A stretch of 64,000 nt of DNA, from NCBI GenBank assembly GCA_951406725.2, contig OX597815.1:28086001-28150000 (forward strand), in the 5' to 3' direction. This DNA is from Octopus vulgaris. Its lineage: Eukaryota. The number at the start of each line of letters is the position of its first letter. Within the stretch, counting starts at the first letter, position 1. The position numbers were made by a program, and so were the translations under genes. This document shows positions 13,661 to 27,454 of the stretch, one piece after another. A model generated the notes under the pieces. The model was not told where the DNA came from. It did not search any database and saw only the letters and a program-made list of their open reading frames with translations.

Positions 13661-14534
13661 TCCCTAAATCTGTGTAATATATCTTTGGGTATAAATTAGA
13701 GATACTAAATTACTGAATGTTTGTTCTTATTGTTAAAGTATCCAAGTGTAAGCTGGTCGACAAACTACTTCCATGTTCTTGAGTACAGAATATTTGAAGC
13801 CTATTTTCTCTTTCTAGTTTTGTAATCTATCTTATCTTCTAATTGTTTCAGTCACTGGACTGCATTGAATCTGAAACACTATCTTGAAGGGTTTAGTCTA
13901 ATAAATCAATCCCAGTCTTATTATATTGGTCTCCTTTGTTAAACTGTTAATTTACTGGGATGTAACCAAACCAACACAAGTTGTTAAGCAGTGGCAGGGG
14001 TAAAACACAGACACAAGCACAGACACACATATTACAGCTCTTCCACAAGAACTTGTTCTGCCTAGCTCCCTTTTCTCATACTCTAACCTCTCATCCCTGA
14101 GCCTAATCTGATTTCCCCCTCCTCCCTCAGAGTTCATAGTCTTGCAAGTTGCATGACAACCTCAGTAGAGGTGGCATGACAAAAGCACCTGGAACATGAT
14201 GTAAAGTGGTCGGAGTAAGGAAGAGTAGAAGCCATGCCAAAACAGATTTTGAAATACAATGCGGTCCTAGAACCCATTGGGTCCTGTCAAACTGTTCAAC
14301 CCATGCCATCTTGGAACATGGCATTAAATAATGACGATGATGATGATGATGATGATACATATGATAGGATTCCACACAGTTTCCATTTACCAAATTCACT
14401 TACAAGGCATTGGTTGACCAGGGAAGACACTTGCTCAAACTTTTTGTATATTTCCCTGTTTCAGTAAATATGAATTGTTTGAAAGAATTATTATTCCAGA
14501 AGCCGAACTATGATGAAGATGATGATGATGATAT

Positions 14535-14568
<34 letters not shown>

Positions 14569-17221
14569 GATAATAACAAAACCCAAATGTGTTCACTTTA
14601 ATTTGGTTGAGTTGAAATGAAAATGCTGCTGAACAAAGGAAGGATGCATATCCAGCCATATAATCTTTTAGCTTTATCAATTAATTTGCAATTTGGTTTT
14701 AATTACCAAGTGAGTTCTAGATCTAGTCTCATTGTACTTGCTAACAATAACTGCAAACATCATCATGAAGAGGAAGTTTTAACTAGTTTTCATCTAGCTT
14801 ACCTAAACTTACATCATAACGAACCTACAGTAATTACATATATATATATATATATCAACTTATAATGAATAAAGTGAACACTATAAAGATAAAATACATA
14901 GAAAAAAAATGATTTATGAAACAAATTGTACAATTGTTCTGGAACAGGATGTTGCAGATGGTACTTGTAAATAGCCTACATTTGATGAAGCTTAGATAAT
15001 TTATAATTAACAATGAAATTAATAGCTAACAATTATGACACCATCATAATACCATAACTGATATTTTTAGGCAGATTTTTCAATAATGAAATGGTTACTG
15101 TAAATATTACTGATTGAGAAAAGTAAAATTATGGCATATAAATGATGTGTGGATGTACTTCAAAGAAAAGAAATAAGTTTGTTATAGTAATTTTTAAGCA
15201 AATATTTTCCATCATCTGTGATGAAAACTTTACGTCCTGTGGACACAGGCGTGGTAGTGTAGTAAGAAGTTTGTTTCTCAATCACATGATTCTGAGTTCA
15301 GTCCCACTGCATGGTACCTTAAGTAAGTGTCTGTTAATATAACTCCAGGCTGACCAAAGTGACTCAAGGGCCGAGAGTTTTGTGTATTTGATAAATGCCA
15401 ATGCATGAAACTTGCTCCTTGAGTCACTCCATTGCTTCTGGTAAATATCAATAAAAAATATGTATATATATATATATACATGTTTTGAGTTCTATTTATC
15501 TGCTTGCATCACCAAACCTAACCTGTATATATAGTTATATGTATATCACAGTAAGTTTTTACTTTTATACACACACATATATGTAGGTATATGAGTGTGT
15601 GTATATGTGTGCGTATCTGTGTGTGTGTGTATCTGTGCATGTGTGTATCTGTGTGTGTGTGTGTGTGTATGTGTGTATCTGTATGCCTCTGTGTGTGTGT
15701 GTGTTTGTGTGTATCTGTATGTGTGTGTGTGTGTGTGTGTGTGTTATTGTTGCCTTGCATTGACATAGTTTGATAGTTGTAAATGAGTGTCACCACCATG
15801 CAAGCCATATCCTTTGTTTTCAATCTTCTGTGAAAACATGTCTGGTCATAGGGAAATATTACCTTGCTTGGAAACAGGTAAGGATTGGTGGCAAGAAGGG
15901 TATCCAGCCCAGCTGACGAAAACTCTGCCTCTACAAGTTCCATCCGACCCATGCAAGAATGGAAAAGTAGATGTTAAAATAAAGACAATGATGATAATGA
16001 TGATGATGGTGATGATGACTCATTTTAATTTTAGTGAGTAATATAACCAGCGGTTAGCAAAAGGAGGACTTGGAGTACAATGATTACATCAGCATCAGCT
16101 TTATTCTTTTTATCTTCTATCACTATAACAATAGCCTCTGCTCTTCTGAAATGCTATCTACATCCACTCCCTCCAGGCTTTATATGCAGGTAAATGCCTA
16201 TCTATCTTCATATTTAATCTGGTTTACCTACCAGATTCCCTATAACACACTTTAACCAATCCTTTCACTTAATAACAACTTCTGTCTGGAATTTCTTTTA
16301 CGGCAAATTTTTTTTCACACAAATTTATAAAATAATAGATCAGACTAAAACAACTTCATTAAGATTTGAACACCTGGTTATGTAGTTAGTAGTTCAATAC
16401 TACCTCATTCTTATGATCTTCCCCACAACTCATATCATTGGCCATCCCTCCACCCTTGGTCAAGATTTACTACATTCATCTTTTCTCCTATCTCTAACTC
16501 CCTCCCCACACACACCACCAGACTCTTTTAAGCTTTAACTACTCACTCCTGCCAATCACCTGCCCTCATACTTGTCATCTTGTTGCACCTCAAGAGCACA
16601 CTCAGACACCTAACTATCACCATATTTATTTCTCTTTCCAGCTCCACTTCCATCTGTACCTATATATGATTTTTATTAAGGCACACATTGTATATGCCAC
16701 AGAACCTCCCAAAACTAGAAACCATTATCTAAGTATTATACAAGCCAAATAAGATTATCTATGAAGTAAATCAACCAATATCAATATAAGCAATCACCAT
16801 AAACCATGAATCTACAAACTTGTCCAACTTTATGAGAATGAAGGACAACTCAGAATATAAACCTCAAGACATAAAAAAATTCACAGACAAGCATATCAAA
16901 TATACATTCCCATCATTAGTTGCCAAGCAGATATCACTATAATTTCAACACTTTGGCAGTAACATATGTAGGCCCACTAAAAATATTTTTGGTAGTCATT
17001 TATTCAGGTAAATTTTATTGTGTTGCTGAGGCCTCCTGCTATTATCACTATCACCTGTACATATCTTTTCACTTGATCTCTCCATCACCACCACTACCTC
17101 TCACCATTACTTCACAGTATCACTTGTTGCCAATGTTATTTGATAAATAACTAACATACATAATGTGATAGCAAAATAAATAAATAAAGACAAAAAAACA
17201 AAAGAAAATATTTATAAATAC

Positions 17222-17334
17222 TCTGCTGCTTCTGGAAATGTCATCCCACTAAATGAACTGGACAGATATTCTGTGTACATTTCCATTGCAGTACCTCTCA
17301 TGTAATCATTCTGCCATTGTGCCATATCAGGAGA
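17222..17334 (-). CDS. KCNMA1 (slo1): Slo1 exon ([38 protein letters not shown]), 113 nt, phase 0-2
   Basis: Matches invertebrate Slo1 SPDxxxWxNDYLRGTGMEMYTE. Acceptor ctttttcag, donor gtattt. E535 equivalent is present. Confidence 0.95.
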
Positions 17335-20300
17335 CTGAAAAAGAGAGAGAGAGAACAAATGATTTTGTTATAAACAAACACTTGTATGTGTGTGTATGCA
17401 TAAATAACTCAGTGTGTGATCACTTAACAGTGTAACACCTGAAAGACAGTTATGTTGTTTACTTTCTCCAGTGCACAAAGGCTCTGTAGCTCAGTACGCT
17501 CTTGCTGGAATGAAAAATATGTTACTTAAAAAACTAGTAAGGGTTGGTGACAGGAAGAGCATCTGGTCGTAGGAAATCTGTTTTAATAAGGTTTCATTAT
17601 GCCAGTACAGAAAAAGTTTTTATGATGATAATAAATTTTCAGACGTTTAAGGTGGTGAGCTGGCAGAACCGTTAGCACGCCGGGCGAAATGCGTAACCGC
17701 ATTTCGTCTGCCATTACGTTCTGAGTTCAAATTCCACCAAGGTCAACCTTGCCTTTCATCCTTTTGGGGTCGATAAATAAAGTACCAGTTATGCACTGGG
17801 GTTGATGTAATCGACTTAATCCGTTTGTCTGTACTTGTTTGTCCCCTCTATGTTTAGCCCCTTGTGGGTAATAAAGAAACAGATAATAAATTTTCAGATG
17901 TTTTATTCAATGAACATTAATTAAGACAGTTAAAACCTTTCATTCTAATTTCCTTATAAGTGAAGTAAATAAGTACTGTTTTGAGTCCTAGGATTCAAAG
18001 GGTTGATTACCTGGTTTTGCCATGGTATATAAGATACCAAAAGCATAATATTCCCTGAACAAGACACCAGTCTGTCATAGAGTTATTCATTTACAGCTGA
18101 GTGAACTGGAGCAATGCGAAATGAAGTGTTCTGCTCAAGAACACAATACACCACCTAGTCCTGGAATTGAAACCACGATCTTGCAATCACAAATGCAACA
18201 TTCTAACCACTAGACCATGCAGCTTCAACATATTCTGATGTACAAAAGTAAACTATAAATTTTAATTTTTATCCTGCAGATTAAAGAAAGGCTTAGAGGA
18301 AGAATCAAACAACATTGTTTTCAAGCATGTGACACAAACAGATTCAAAGACCAAGTTTTCAGTGAGACAATAGTGCTAATAATGGTTTAGTGTTGCTGAA
18401 TAAGATTTTAGTGTACACATAGCTGACTGTTCATACAGCTACTTAAATGAGATGTTACTTACTATTCTAACATAATAAGGCTGGAATTGGAATTTTCGCA
18501 AAATTCCAATTCTTTCAGAATAAGCAAGTAAAGAAAAGAACTCACAACTGATATCATCTTTTTACCTTTCACTTGTTTTAGTCATTGAACAGTGACCATA
18601 CTGGGGCACTGCCTTGAAGGGTTAAGTCAAACAAATTGACTCTAGTACTCTATTATAAGTCTGGTACTTATTCTATTGGTTTCCTTTGCTGAACCACTAT
18701 ATAACAGGGATATAAACAAACTAAAATTGGTTGTCAAGAGGTGGCAGAGGACAAACATAAACACAAAGACACACACACACACAAACACACACAAACACAC
18801 AACAAGCCTCCACCCAGTTTCTGCTTACCAGCTAGAAGCTGCATGATGGGACTGAACCCTAAACCATGTGGTTGCAAAGCAAGTTTCTTAACCACACAGC
18901 TATGCCAGGACCTATACAGCTATACCTGTGCCTATTTTGTTTTAGTTGCATTTTATAGAAATTTGGAATTTTGCCCTGTATGTTAACGATTCTGCCAGCT
19001 CGTTGCCTTAATAATAATAATAATAATAGTAGTAGTAGTAATAGTAAAAATAAAAAAATAATTGTAAATAGTCTTTAACTAATCAATGGAATCTTATTGC
19101 TAAAAATAGATTTTTTAAATTAATTTTTCCACCAGCTAATTTGAAATTTCATCATAATTCTAGTGCAAGACAGGCAGACTAGATTTTTCTTCATTGCAAT
19201 CATACAATGATGATAAAGTATTGAAGCAACAACAAAAATACAATAACAAAAAGGCTGTTACTGAGTTTGGACACATAACAAACCAAATGATCATTAACTA
19301 AACTTGTCAACCGTTCATCTATTCAATTATAATGTGGTAAGTACTGTATGACAAGAGGTTAAGTTCCTGATAAGCCTAATCTGTGATCCAGTCTGAATTG
19401 CTTGCTTATGTCTATTTTAGCCTTTGTTTATTTTGCTTTTGATAAAAGCATGACTGTCACATAATCCTATTCCAGTTCCTTACAAATCTAAATGACAAAT
19501 ATTACCCTATGGGGAAAGTTTTCAACAAATTCAGTTTCAATTCTCAACTGGAAATGCTTCATTTCATCTACAGCTCTGGTAAAGACAGGAATGTTTCAAA
19601 GACCCAATCGCCTTTCTTTTAAAAAAGAGAAAACTCAAGCTTAATATCTATGAAAGAGATTAAAAATTACACTAAAAATTTTGTTGATGTAAATATATAG
19701 TTCATAGACAGCTTTCTAAGCATTTCAAAAGATTATTTTCTTTCCAAATATTTTATTTTTTTTACCTTAAATAATAATTGCTTAGGAATAATGTTTTTAA
19801 ATCTATTTCAATGATTGCTTCTTATGTAACATATTCTTTCTCTCTTTCTCCAGACACACATGCATACACTTACACATGCGCACAACTTGTTCGGTTGGAA
19901 GAAGAATTCTATTAATATATGAACGATTATATTCACAACTGAAAAGTCTATTAACCAACGCTATTTTTTTTTATTGTGCTTTCCTTAATTATGCATACAA
20001 AACACACTCATAAACATTTTTTTTTCTTTTCCTTAATTCTTTTTACTATTACATTTCACAGAACAGTTTCTGTTTGAGTGATTTTTCCATCACTATTCAT
20101 CAAATATTCTGCAATTCTAGCTTACAAGTTTCCAGTGCAAAAAACAAACAAAAACAAAACAAACAAAAACACACAAAAAAACAACAAAAAACAAAACCAA
20201 ACAAAGTACACCCATTCCTTACAAATACAAACAATAAACAAAAACTGAAATAGTTAGGAGAATAGGTTTGTTACAGATAGGTTTTTTAGCCATCTCTTAA

Positions 20301-20634
20301 TCTAAATTTATGCCACACACCTTCAGTTTCACCTGATTTCTTCACATTCGGATCTAAGTAAGGTAAACAGCTTCTGACAGAAGCTTTTCAGGAATTTGGT
20401 TTTTATGATAAAGTTTATTTTTATAACAAATAGAAAAGTTTTAGTAATTTAATAAAAAAAAAAAAAAAAATTGCTTCCTGATAACCTTTCCTTCTTCTCT
20501 TCGATTGTTTCATTCTTTCTTTTTTTTTTTTCTAGTTACAAAGTTTGTTTATTTCTCTAGGAGGGAAGATGTGTAGGGTGTTAGATAGAATTATAAGGTT
20601 AGCTGGGTTAGTTCATTGCATTAGAAGAGATTAC

Positions 20635-20679
20635 TGGCAACATATGACTATGAGTATTAGGTTCCAGAATGATGCAGTC
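20635..20679 (-). CDS. Candidate 45-nt in-frame cassette exon (DCIILEPNTHSHMLP)
   Basis: Acceptor tctttcctttgcag, donor CCA|gtaatc, phase 0-0 inside a phase-0 intron, no stop codon. No homology support. Confidence 0.4.
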
Positions 20680-21160
20680 CTGCAAAGGAAAGATTCCACA
20701 TTAATTTAGTCATACTAAATTTAGTATGGAGCGTACACAATCTAAGATATAGATTTGCGAAAAGAACATCTTCAAGTATATGGAATCAGATATCAAATTT
20801 CAGTTTGATTCCTTCCTTTCTTTCTAGCTTGGAGATCTCAGTCCTGTGCTTGTCTATTATTTTAAACATTGCTCTCAAACGATGCAGTGGAAGAACCTGG
20901 AGATACAGTACTTCATTGTTATCTTGTCTTGTTATAATCTTTATTTCCAAGTGGCACAACTGTATCATCTGTTTCTTTGGTAGTGGCTTGTTAAGAATAA
21001 CAGTCTAGAACCACTTTCCTTCAACACATTTATGTGTATGCTTCTGTGTGTGTAAGAAACTGCAGAGTAAAGTAAAAGAGAAAAAGTAGCCCTGAGGCGA
21101 AACACAAAATAATTTTACGAATAATTAAAAGAAACAGGGATCATTAGGTGAACTACTTAC

Positions 21161-21316
21161 TGGCTTGTAAGACCTCATTGTGAATAAATTAGCCATTAGT
21201 GTCGAGAAGCCAGGAGCCAAACAACTTTGAGCGATAAATCCAAGCTTTAACTCAGCAATACACACGGCATCATCGCCACGTTTCCAATCCCAGCTGGGAA
21301 TGTTTAACAGGTAAGC
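21161..21316 (-). CDS. KCNMA1 (slo1): Slo1 exon: RCK1 ([52 protein letters not shown]), 156 nt, phase 0-0
   Basis: Inside ORF 21125..21337. Acceptor ttttctacag, donor gtaagt. M513/R514 equivalents are present. Confidence 0.97.
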
Positions 21317-21635
21317 CTGTAGAAAATATAAAAACAAATTAGAATGATATTCAGGTAAAAGTATTTGGAAAATTTAACTCCACCCCGACAAAATCCTTAA
21401 GAAACAATTACATATAGCAGGGAAGGTAACAATTCTTATGTGAACAAATTGTGAAAGGTTGTCAAGAAGATGTGTATAAAATTCAAATTAGGTGCGTGTT
21501 GTGTGGTTAAGAAGTTCATTTCACAAGAACTTATTTCAGATTCAATCTCACTCAGCAGTATTTTGGCATCTTCTATGATAAGTCTTGAGCTAGCCAATGC
21601 CTTGTAATTGAAATTGATAGCTAGAATGTGTGTGT

Positions 21636-21740
<105 letters not shown>

Positions 21741-23214
21741 ATTTGTCTTAAAGTGCCTCAGTGCCTTTTTTTTTGTATTGACACCACTCGGAAAAAAAAA
21801 CAACAAAACAGTGCCTTTGTTTATGTATTGTAATCTGATGATGAGACGTTGGCCTCATGGATACTGTGACTGGCAATCTGGCATCCCATGAACTTAGCAG
21901 TACTATCTCCAACTCTTTCTTATAGGTGCACAGAGATAAATATTTGGAAATGCCAATTTCAATAGAAATTCTTTTCTTTTTTCTTCAGAAAGTTCCAAAT
22001 AGAGAAGCCACTTAGTGTAAGGGACTGTGAAGAAGGAGAAATTAAGACAAAAGTAATAAATTTACTTTAGATTTGAAAGAGATCATATCATAAGAAGGAG
22101 GAAAACAATGAGATGGAAAAAAGTTCCAAAGTTAAGAAGTTTGAGGAAAAAGCTTCAAGAGTAAAAAAATCTTCCTTATTTGTGGAAGCACAGTAACATG
22201 TGAATGAAGATGGTGTAAATTTTGAGCCAGGCAAGATGGCACAAAGTGATCTGGAATTACGAGAGAAAGTCCATCAGAGCACTTCCTGTGGCAATAACGA
22301 CAGAAAAGACTAAGATTGGTGATGTTACATCGATGTGACAAGGGTTAAAGCAAAAGAGGGACCAATCATTTTAGTCAAACAAAGTTTCATGGTTCCAAAT
22401 TTAACACCTATGAAAACTTATTGAGCTTTCGCTTCTGAAAGTCAGAAATATAAATTAAAAACACTCATTAAAGGCTGGTAGGTACATGAGTAATTAAGGC
22501 ATTGCACTTAGAAAACAAAAATAAGCTGGCAGAGTCAACAGAAAGTTCAATAGATTGCCTAGCAGGATTTGTTCTAACTCTCTGTGCTCTGAGTTCAAAT
22601 ACTACTGTAGACAACTTTGTTGTTCATCCTTTCAGGGTTGGTAACTATCAGTCCTTTGTCTTAAAGGTGGTGAGCTGGCAGAAATGTTAGCGCACCGAGT
22701 GAAATGCTTAGCGGTATTTTGTCTGCAATTACTTTCTGAGTTCAAATTCCGCCGAGGTCGACTTTGTCTTTCATCCTTTCGGGGTCAATAAATAAAGTAC
22801 CAGTTACGCACTGGGGTCGATCTAATCGACTTAATCCCTTTGTCTGTCCTTGTTTGTCCCCTCTATGTTTAGCCCCTTGTGAGCAATAAAGAAATATACC
22901 AGTCCTTTTTCTTTTTGTGTGCCTGTCTCACTTTCTTGAAGAAATCGGTTGGAGAGGGATGGGCTCTGCTAAGTTTTAAATTCTCAAGAAATGTTGTATG
23001 TCATGACCAATCCACTATAGCTTCAACAGAAGTTGAGGCCCAAAGCAAAGCCATAATTATACTTGACCAACAACTTATTCAGACCATGACAACCTATCCA
23101 ACCCATCCCAGTAGAGAATGATATATGATGATGATGATGATGATGATGATGACAACGATGACGAAGATGGCAATAGTAATGATGATTGATATGCATGATT
23201 GGAAGATGGATTAC

Positions 23215-23367
23215 CTTGTTGTGATACTGCAACAGCTGGACAATAACTTTAATCTCTGAATGATAATTCTTGATTGAGATTACTCTCATGATGTTTGCAG
23301 CATCTTCTTGGTCAGGATCATCACAGTATTTATTTGCTAGCACCAAACATGCATCTGCCTGCTGAAT
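23215..23367 (-). CDS. KCNMA1 (slo1): Slo1 exon: RCK1 ([51 protein letters not shown]), 153 nt, phase 0-0
   Basis: Overlaps ORF 23023..23346. Acceptor ctatttcag, donor gtaatc. Confidence 0.97.
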
Positions 23368-26300
23368 CTGAAATAGAAACCAAGAACATTGAAGAGTAAA
23401 AATGTAATAAATGTGTTAACAGTAAAAACACACTGACACTTTAACACTGTTATTTGTCTGTCTGTCACTGAAAGACAAACAACAGAATTACTAATAAGTG
23501 GTTTCTTACAAACTTTGGCACTATACTCTTTTACTACTCACTGTGAGGAATAATTTATATGCCAAATTACCGACTAGTTATTTATAATTGAAACCCCTGC
23601 AGTTTTACCTTTGTGACAAGCCAATGGGGTACCTCCTCAAGGTTGGCTAACCAAATAAAAAATTTCAACCAATTTCCCTCAAATCATTTCTGTAGTCTTA
23701 AAATCTTCCATAGTCCAAGTTATTTTACATCAGGTAAAAATAAAAAAATACATGAGATGTGTATGGCTAAAATGTTTTTACTGAAGATGGGTCTGTGGGC
23801 TAACAATGATAATGTGGTGATATTTTAGAGTATTGTCCAAGAGAGGCAAGGAAAAAGAGAGTGTGTATAAAGTAGAATAATGAATTAAAAATTGATATTT
23901 TATGTTGTAGTGAAGTTAGGAATCATATTTGGGTGGTCTGAGAGAGAGCGGAAATGAAGAACAGAGCATAAAAGAGAAAAATAGTGATTTCATGGAACAT
24001 TAGGATGCATGAGCTTATATTTCTAAGTAGATGACAAAAACATTTTTAGCTACTTTGGATGGATGGATGGATGGATATGGGGGAGAGAGAAAGGAAATGA
24101 AAATATGACAGAGACACATGATTGTTTTAATTACATATACAAATGAATGCATGTGTGTATGTTTTTATGTATTTTTCATACAACAAACACTCAAACAGAA
24201 AACTTGTAATGGAAATGTGTAATAGAAGTGTAAAAGAGTGTGTGCATGTGTGTGTGTGTGTAAGAAAGCGGAATATTAATTTTGTAGCAATAGTTTGCTG
24301 ATGTACACAACTACTTGTTACTTCACCTTGTATGTACATATAAAGAAATTTACAGGAATAATTCGTCAAGAAGGTGAGAATAATAGAGTGCAAGTGTATG
24401 TATTCAGATAAATGCAACATAGTTTGTTAATAGATTCCAAATGGCTATAGGTACAAGTGATTGGCTAAGAAGCTTGCTTTGCAATTCTGAGGTTCCATTT
24501 TGGGCAAGTGTCTTTTACCATAACCTTGGATCAACCCAAGCCTTGTAAAAGAAAATGGGTAGATAGAAACCGGCAGAAGCCAATCAGATTGATTGTTTTT
24601 GTAATTCAAAGGGCCAACCTAGCCATGCACTATAGTATGTTTATCCTGTATGAAGATTTCTTTAAGGATTCATGTACTTATGGAATACTCAATCATTTGC
24701 ATTATAATAATACCATATAATTAATGTGGTATAATGTAATAAGGCAGTGAGCTGGCAGAATTGTTAGCATGGAGGAAATGCATTGCAGTATGATTCATTA
24801 TGTTCTGAGTTCAAATTCCACTGAGGTTGATTTTTGTCTTTCATTGTTTTGGGGATCAATAAAATAAATACCAGTGAAGTACTGGAGTTGATGTACTCAG
24901 CTTGCCTTTTCCCCTCAAAACTTCTGTCCTTGTGCCAAAATTAGAAACAAAATTAGAAAGACAAAAAATTTATAATTTAATGAGTTGTTTAGTTGATTGA
25001 ACAACTGGAATATTTTATGTTGAAAAGGATGGCGGATTAGTTTATTTTTACTTTTAAATGCAATACAATATCAATTTGAAGTCCTCTACCAAACACAGAA
25101 ATGCAGATATTAGTTGATTAAATGAGGGACCCACTATGTGATAATTTACTCTGCTAGAAATAGAAAGCAAATCTTCCCCAAAGAACATTCTATCATCTTA
25201 AAAAAAAAAAGGGTAATGTAGTCCCAGTTAAACTGTATATTGGAAAAAAGAAGAAAAAATGACAGAAAAAAAAAGACTGTAACGCATTTGATCATAGATC
25301 TTGAACAGAGCTGACTTGGAGCAAAACAACAAAAACAAGACATTAGATTAGTGGCAGTGGAATTGGTGATGATGATAATAATGGTGATGATGCTGATGCT
25401 GGTAAAGATATTCTAACAAAAAATAAAAAATAAAAATCAGTGAACCAATATCATGCCAGCCATGTAATATCAAGTTTGTTTTAACTACTTTCTACTACAG
25501 CTGCTTCTAAGTGTGTTTTTATGCCCTTCAAATAATGTGAAGAGTGTTCTTTCAGAAAATGTCTGTTCAGTGAAAAGCTAATAAGTGGAGCGTTAGGCTA
25601 GAGACATGTTAAAATACATAAGTATATTGGCTTCAAATTTAGGCACAAGTACAACAATTTTAGGGGAGGGGGTAAGTTAATTACATCGGCCCCAGTGCTC
25701 AAGTGGTACTTATTTTATCAACCCCGAAAGGATGAAAGGCAAAGTCAACCCCGGCAGAATTTGAACCCAGAAATGTAAAGACGGATGAAATACCACTAAG
25801 TATTTTGCCTGGCAGGCTAATGATTCTGCCAGCTTGTCACCTAAAATACATAAATGCCTTTGTGGTAATATAGTAGCTGGAGCAAGAAACTAGCGGAGGA
25901 ATTCAAAAGGGTATGGCTTCTGTTGCTGTTTAGCCCCAGGGTAAATATATGATCAAGGCGTTCCAGCCATAGCATCCCATATTTTTAGCAGTATTTAAGA
26001 CTAAATCATTTAATATGATCTTTTTTTGCTTAAGATGATAGCGAATGATTGGAGAGAGATTTAGCTATTATTTCTAGAGGTTCTCTTGTCAACTTGTTTT
26101 ACCTCATTTGGTAATGAGAAGGTAGTGAATGAAACATGCCAGTGAATGCTGAATGTGTGTAGAAGATGAAGAGAATTAAGGTGAACATGTTCAGATAGGT
26201 GTATGATAGTTAATTACATTAGGAATGGAATACGGGTTGACAAAATAGCTAGATATTAAAGGCATTAGCTAATGTGAGTAGAAGAAATTACTGTAATGGT

Positions 26301-27387
26301 ATGGACATATGATGCAAATGGACAATGATAGGTTAAAAAGTGGCCAATGGTAGTACTGGAAGGGACATGTAACAGATAAATATATAGAAAGTGGTTGTAC
26401 AATGAGATCTTGTGATATTGAACATTACAGATTAGAATGTTGGTGACATGCAAACATATCCAACCCATAGCAGCATGGAATGGTGGGAAATGATGGAAAG
26501 ATAGGGAAGAGTAGGTGACAACTGTAATGAATGGGTAGGGTTGAGGCATGGCTGTAGAGAATAGTGGAAGGTAGGGGAGAGTAAGAAATGACTGGCTATA
26601 TAAAAAAAAGTAGGTGTAAGCAGGGAAGAACAGTAGAATAGAAATAATGATAATGATGATGATGCTGATTTTGTTAAAATTGCTGATATCAAATCAAAGC
26701 TAATGTTATTTTCTTTAAATGCTTTGAATACTAGAGGTTTTTGGTTACATTGGAGTATTTGCCAGAGCAGCAGCTTTCTCTAAGACAAGTGTTATGTAAA
26801 ACAGGCATATAACATTTCTGGAACCATTTTTCAAATAAGGAAATGGTTGATTCAGGAAAGAGAAAACAAAGGGTAAAAAGAAAAAAAAGTTGAAAAAAAA
26901 AGCAAACTGTTGAAGAATGATTAGTAAAGGATCAAATGAAAGAAATGAATCAAAGAAAAACAGACCCAGAGGGTTTGACATACACCGGAAAATAAGAGGA
27001 AAAAATGCAACATTGTTATAGATACCAGGTATGTAGGTGTTAATTAAACTTAAGCTGTAATTTGGAAATGTCAGTAGTTCATTCCCACACCACTTTGGCT
27101 CCCCTGTTCTCAGGAATGATTAATTTATAGGAAGCTGGATTAGGTAACATAGATATCTCAGGAAAATTGGTAAGAATCAAGAATGCTGTTTAATATCTTC
27201 TTTTCTTTTTTTTCTCATTTTTTATTTTTATGTTTACCAAAATTTTCTTACAATGATTTATAGAGGAAAAAAACAAAAACAAACAGAAAGCAAAATAAAC
27301 AGAAAGAATAAGAATTACTTACATTCCACAGAACTAATCAAAAAGGTAAGATTGTTCTTTCTATCATTAGCAAATATTCCAAGATAG

Positions 27388-27389
<2 letters not shown>

Positions 27390-27452
<63 letters not shown>

Positions 27453-27454
27453 AC
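27390..27454. repeat. (CA)n microsatellite
   Basis: Directly visible. Confidence 0.98.

Noticed and set aside
16150-17040. Possible further Penelope remnant
   Set aside because: Only faint motif resemblance, too decayed to delimit or support by eye.
27310-27345. Perfect gtaagt donor with an upstream ag (possible microexon TTCTGTGGAAT)
   Set aside because: 11 nt would frameshift, and the longer version contains an in-frame TAG.
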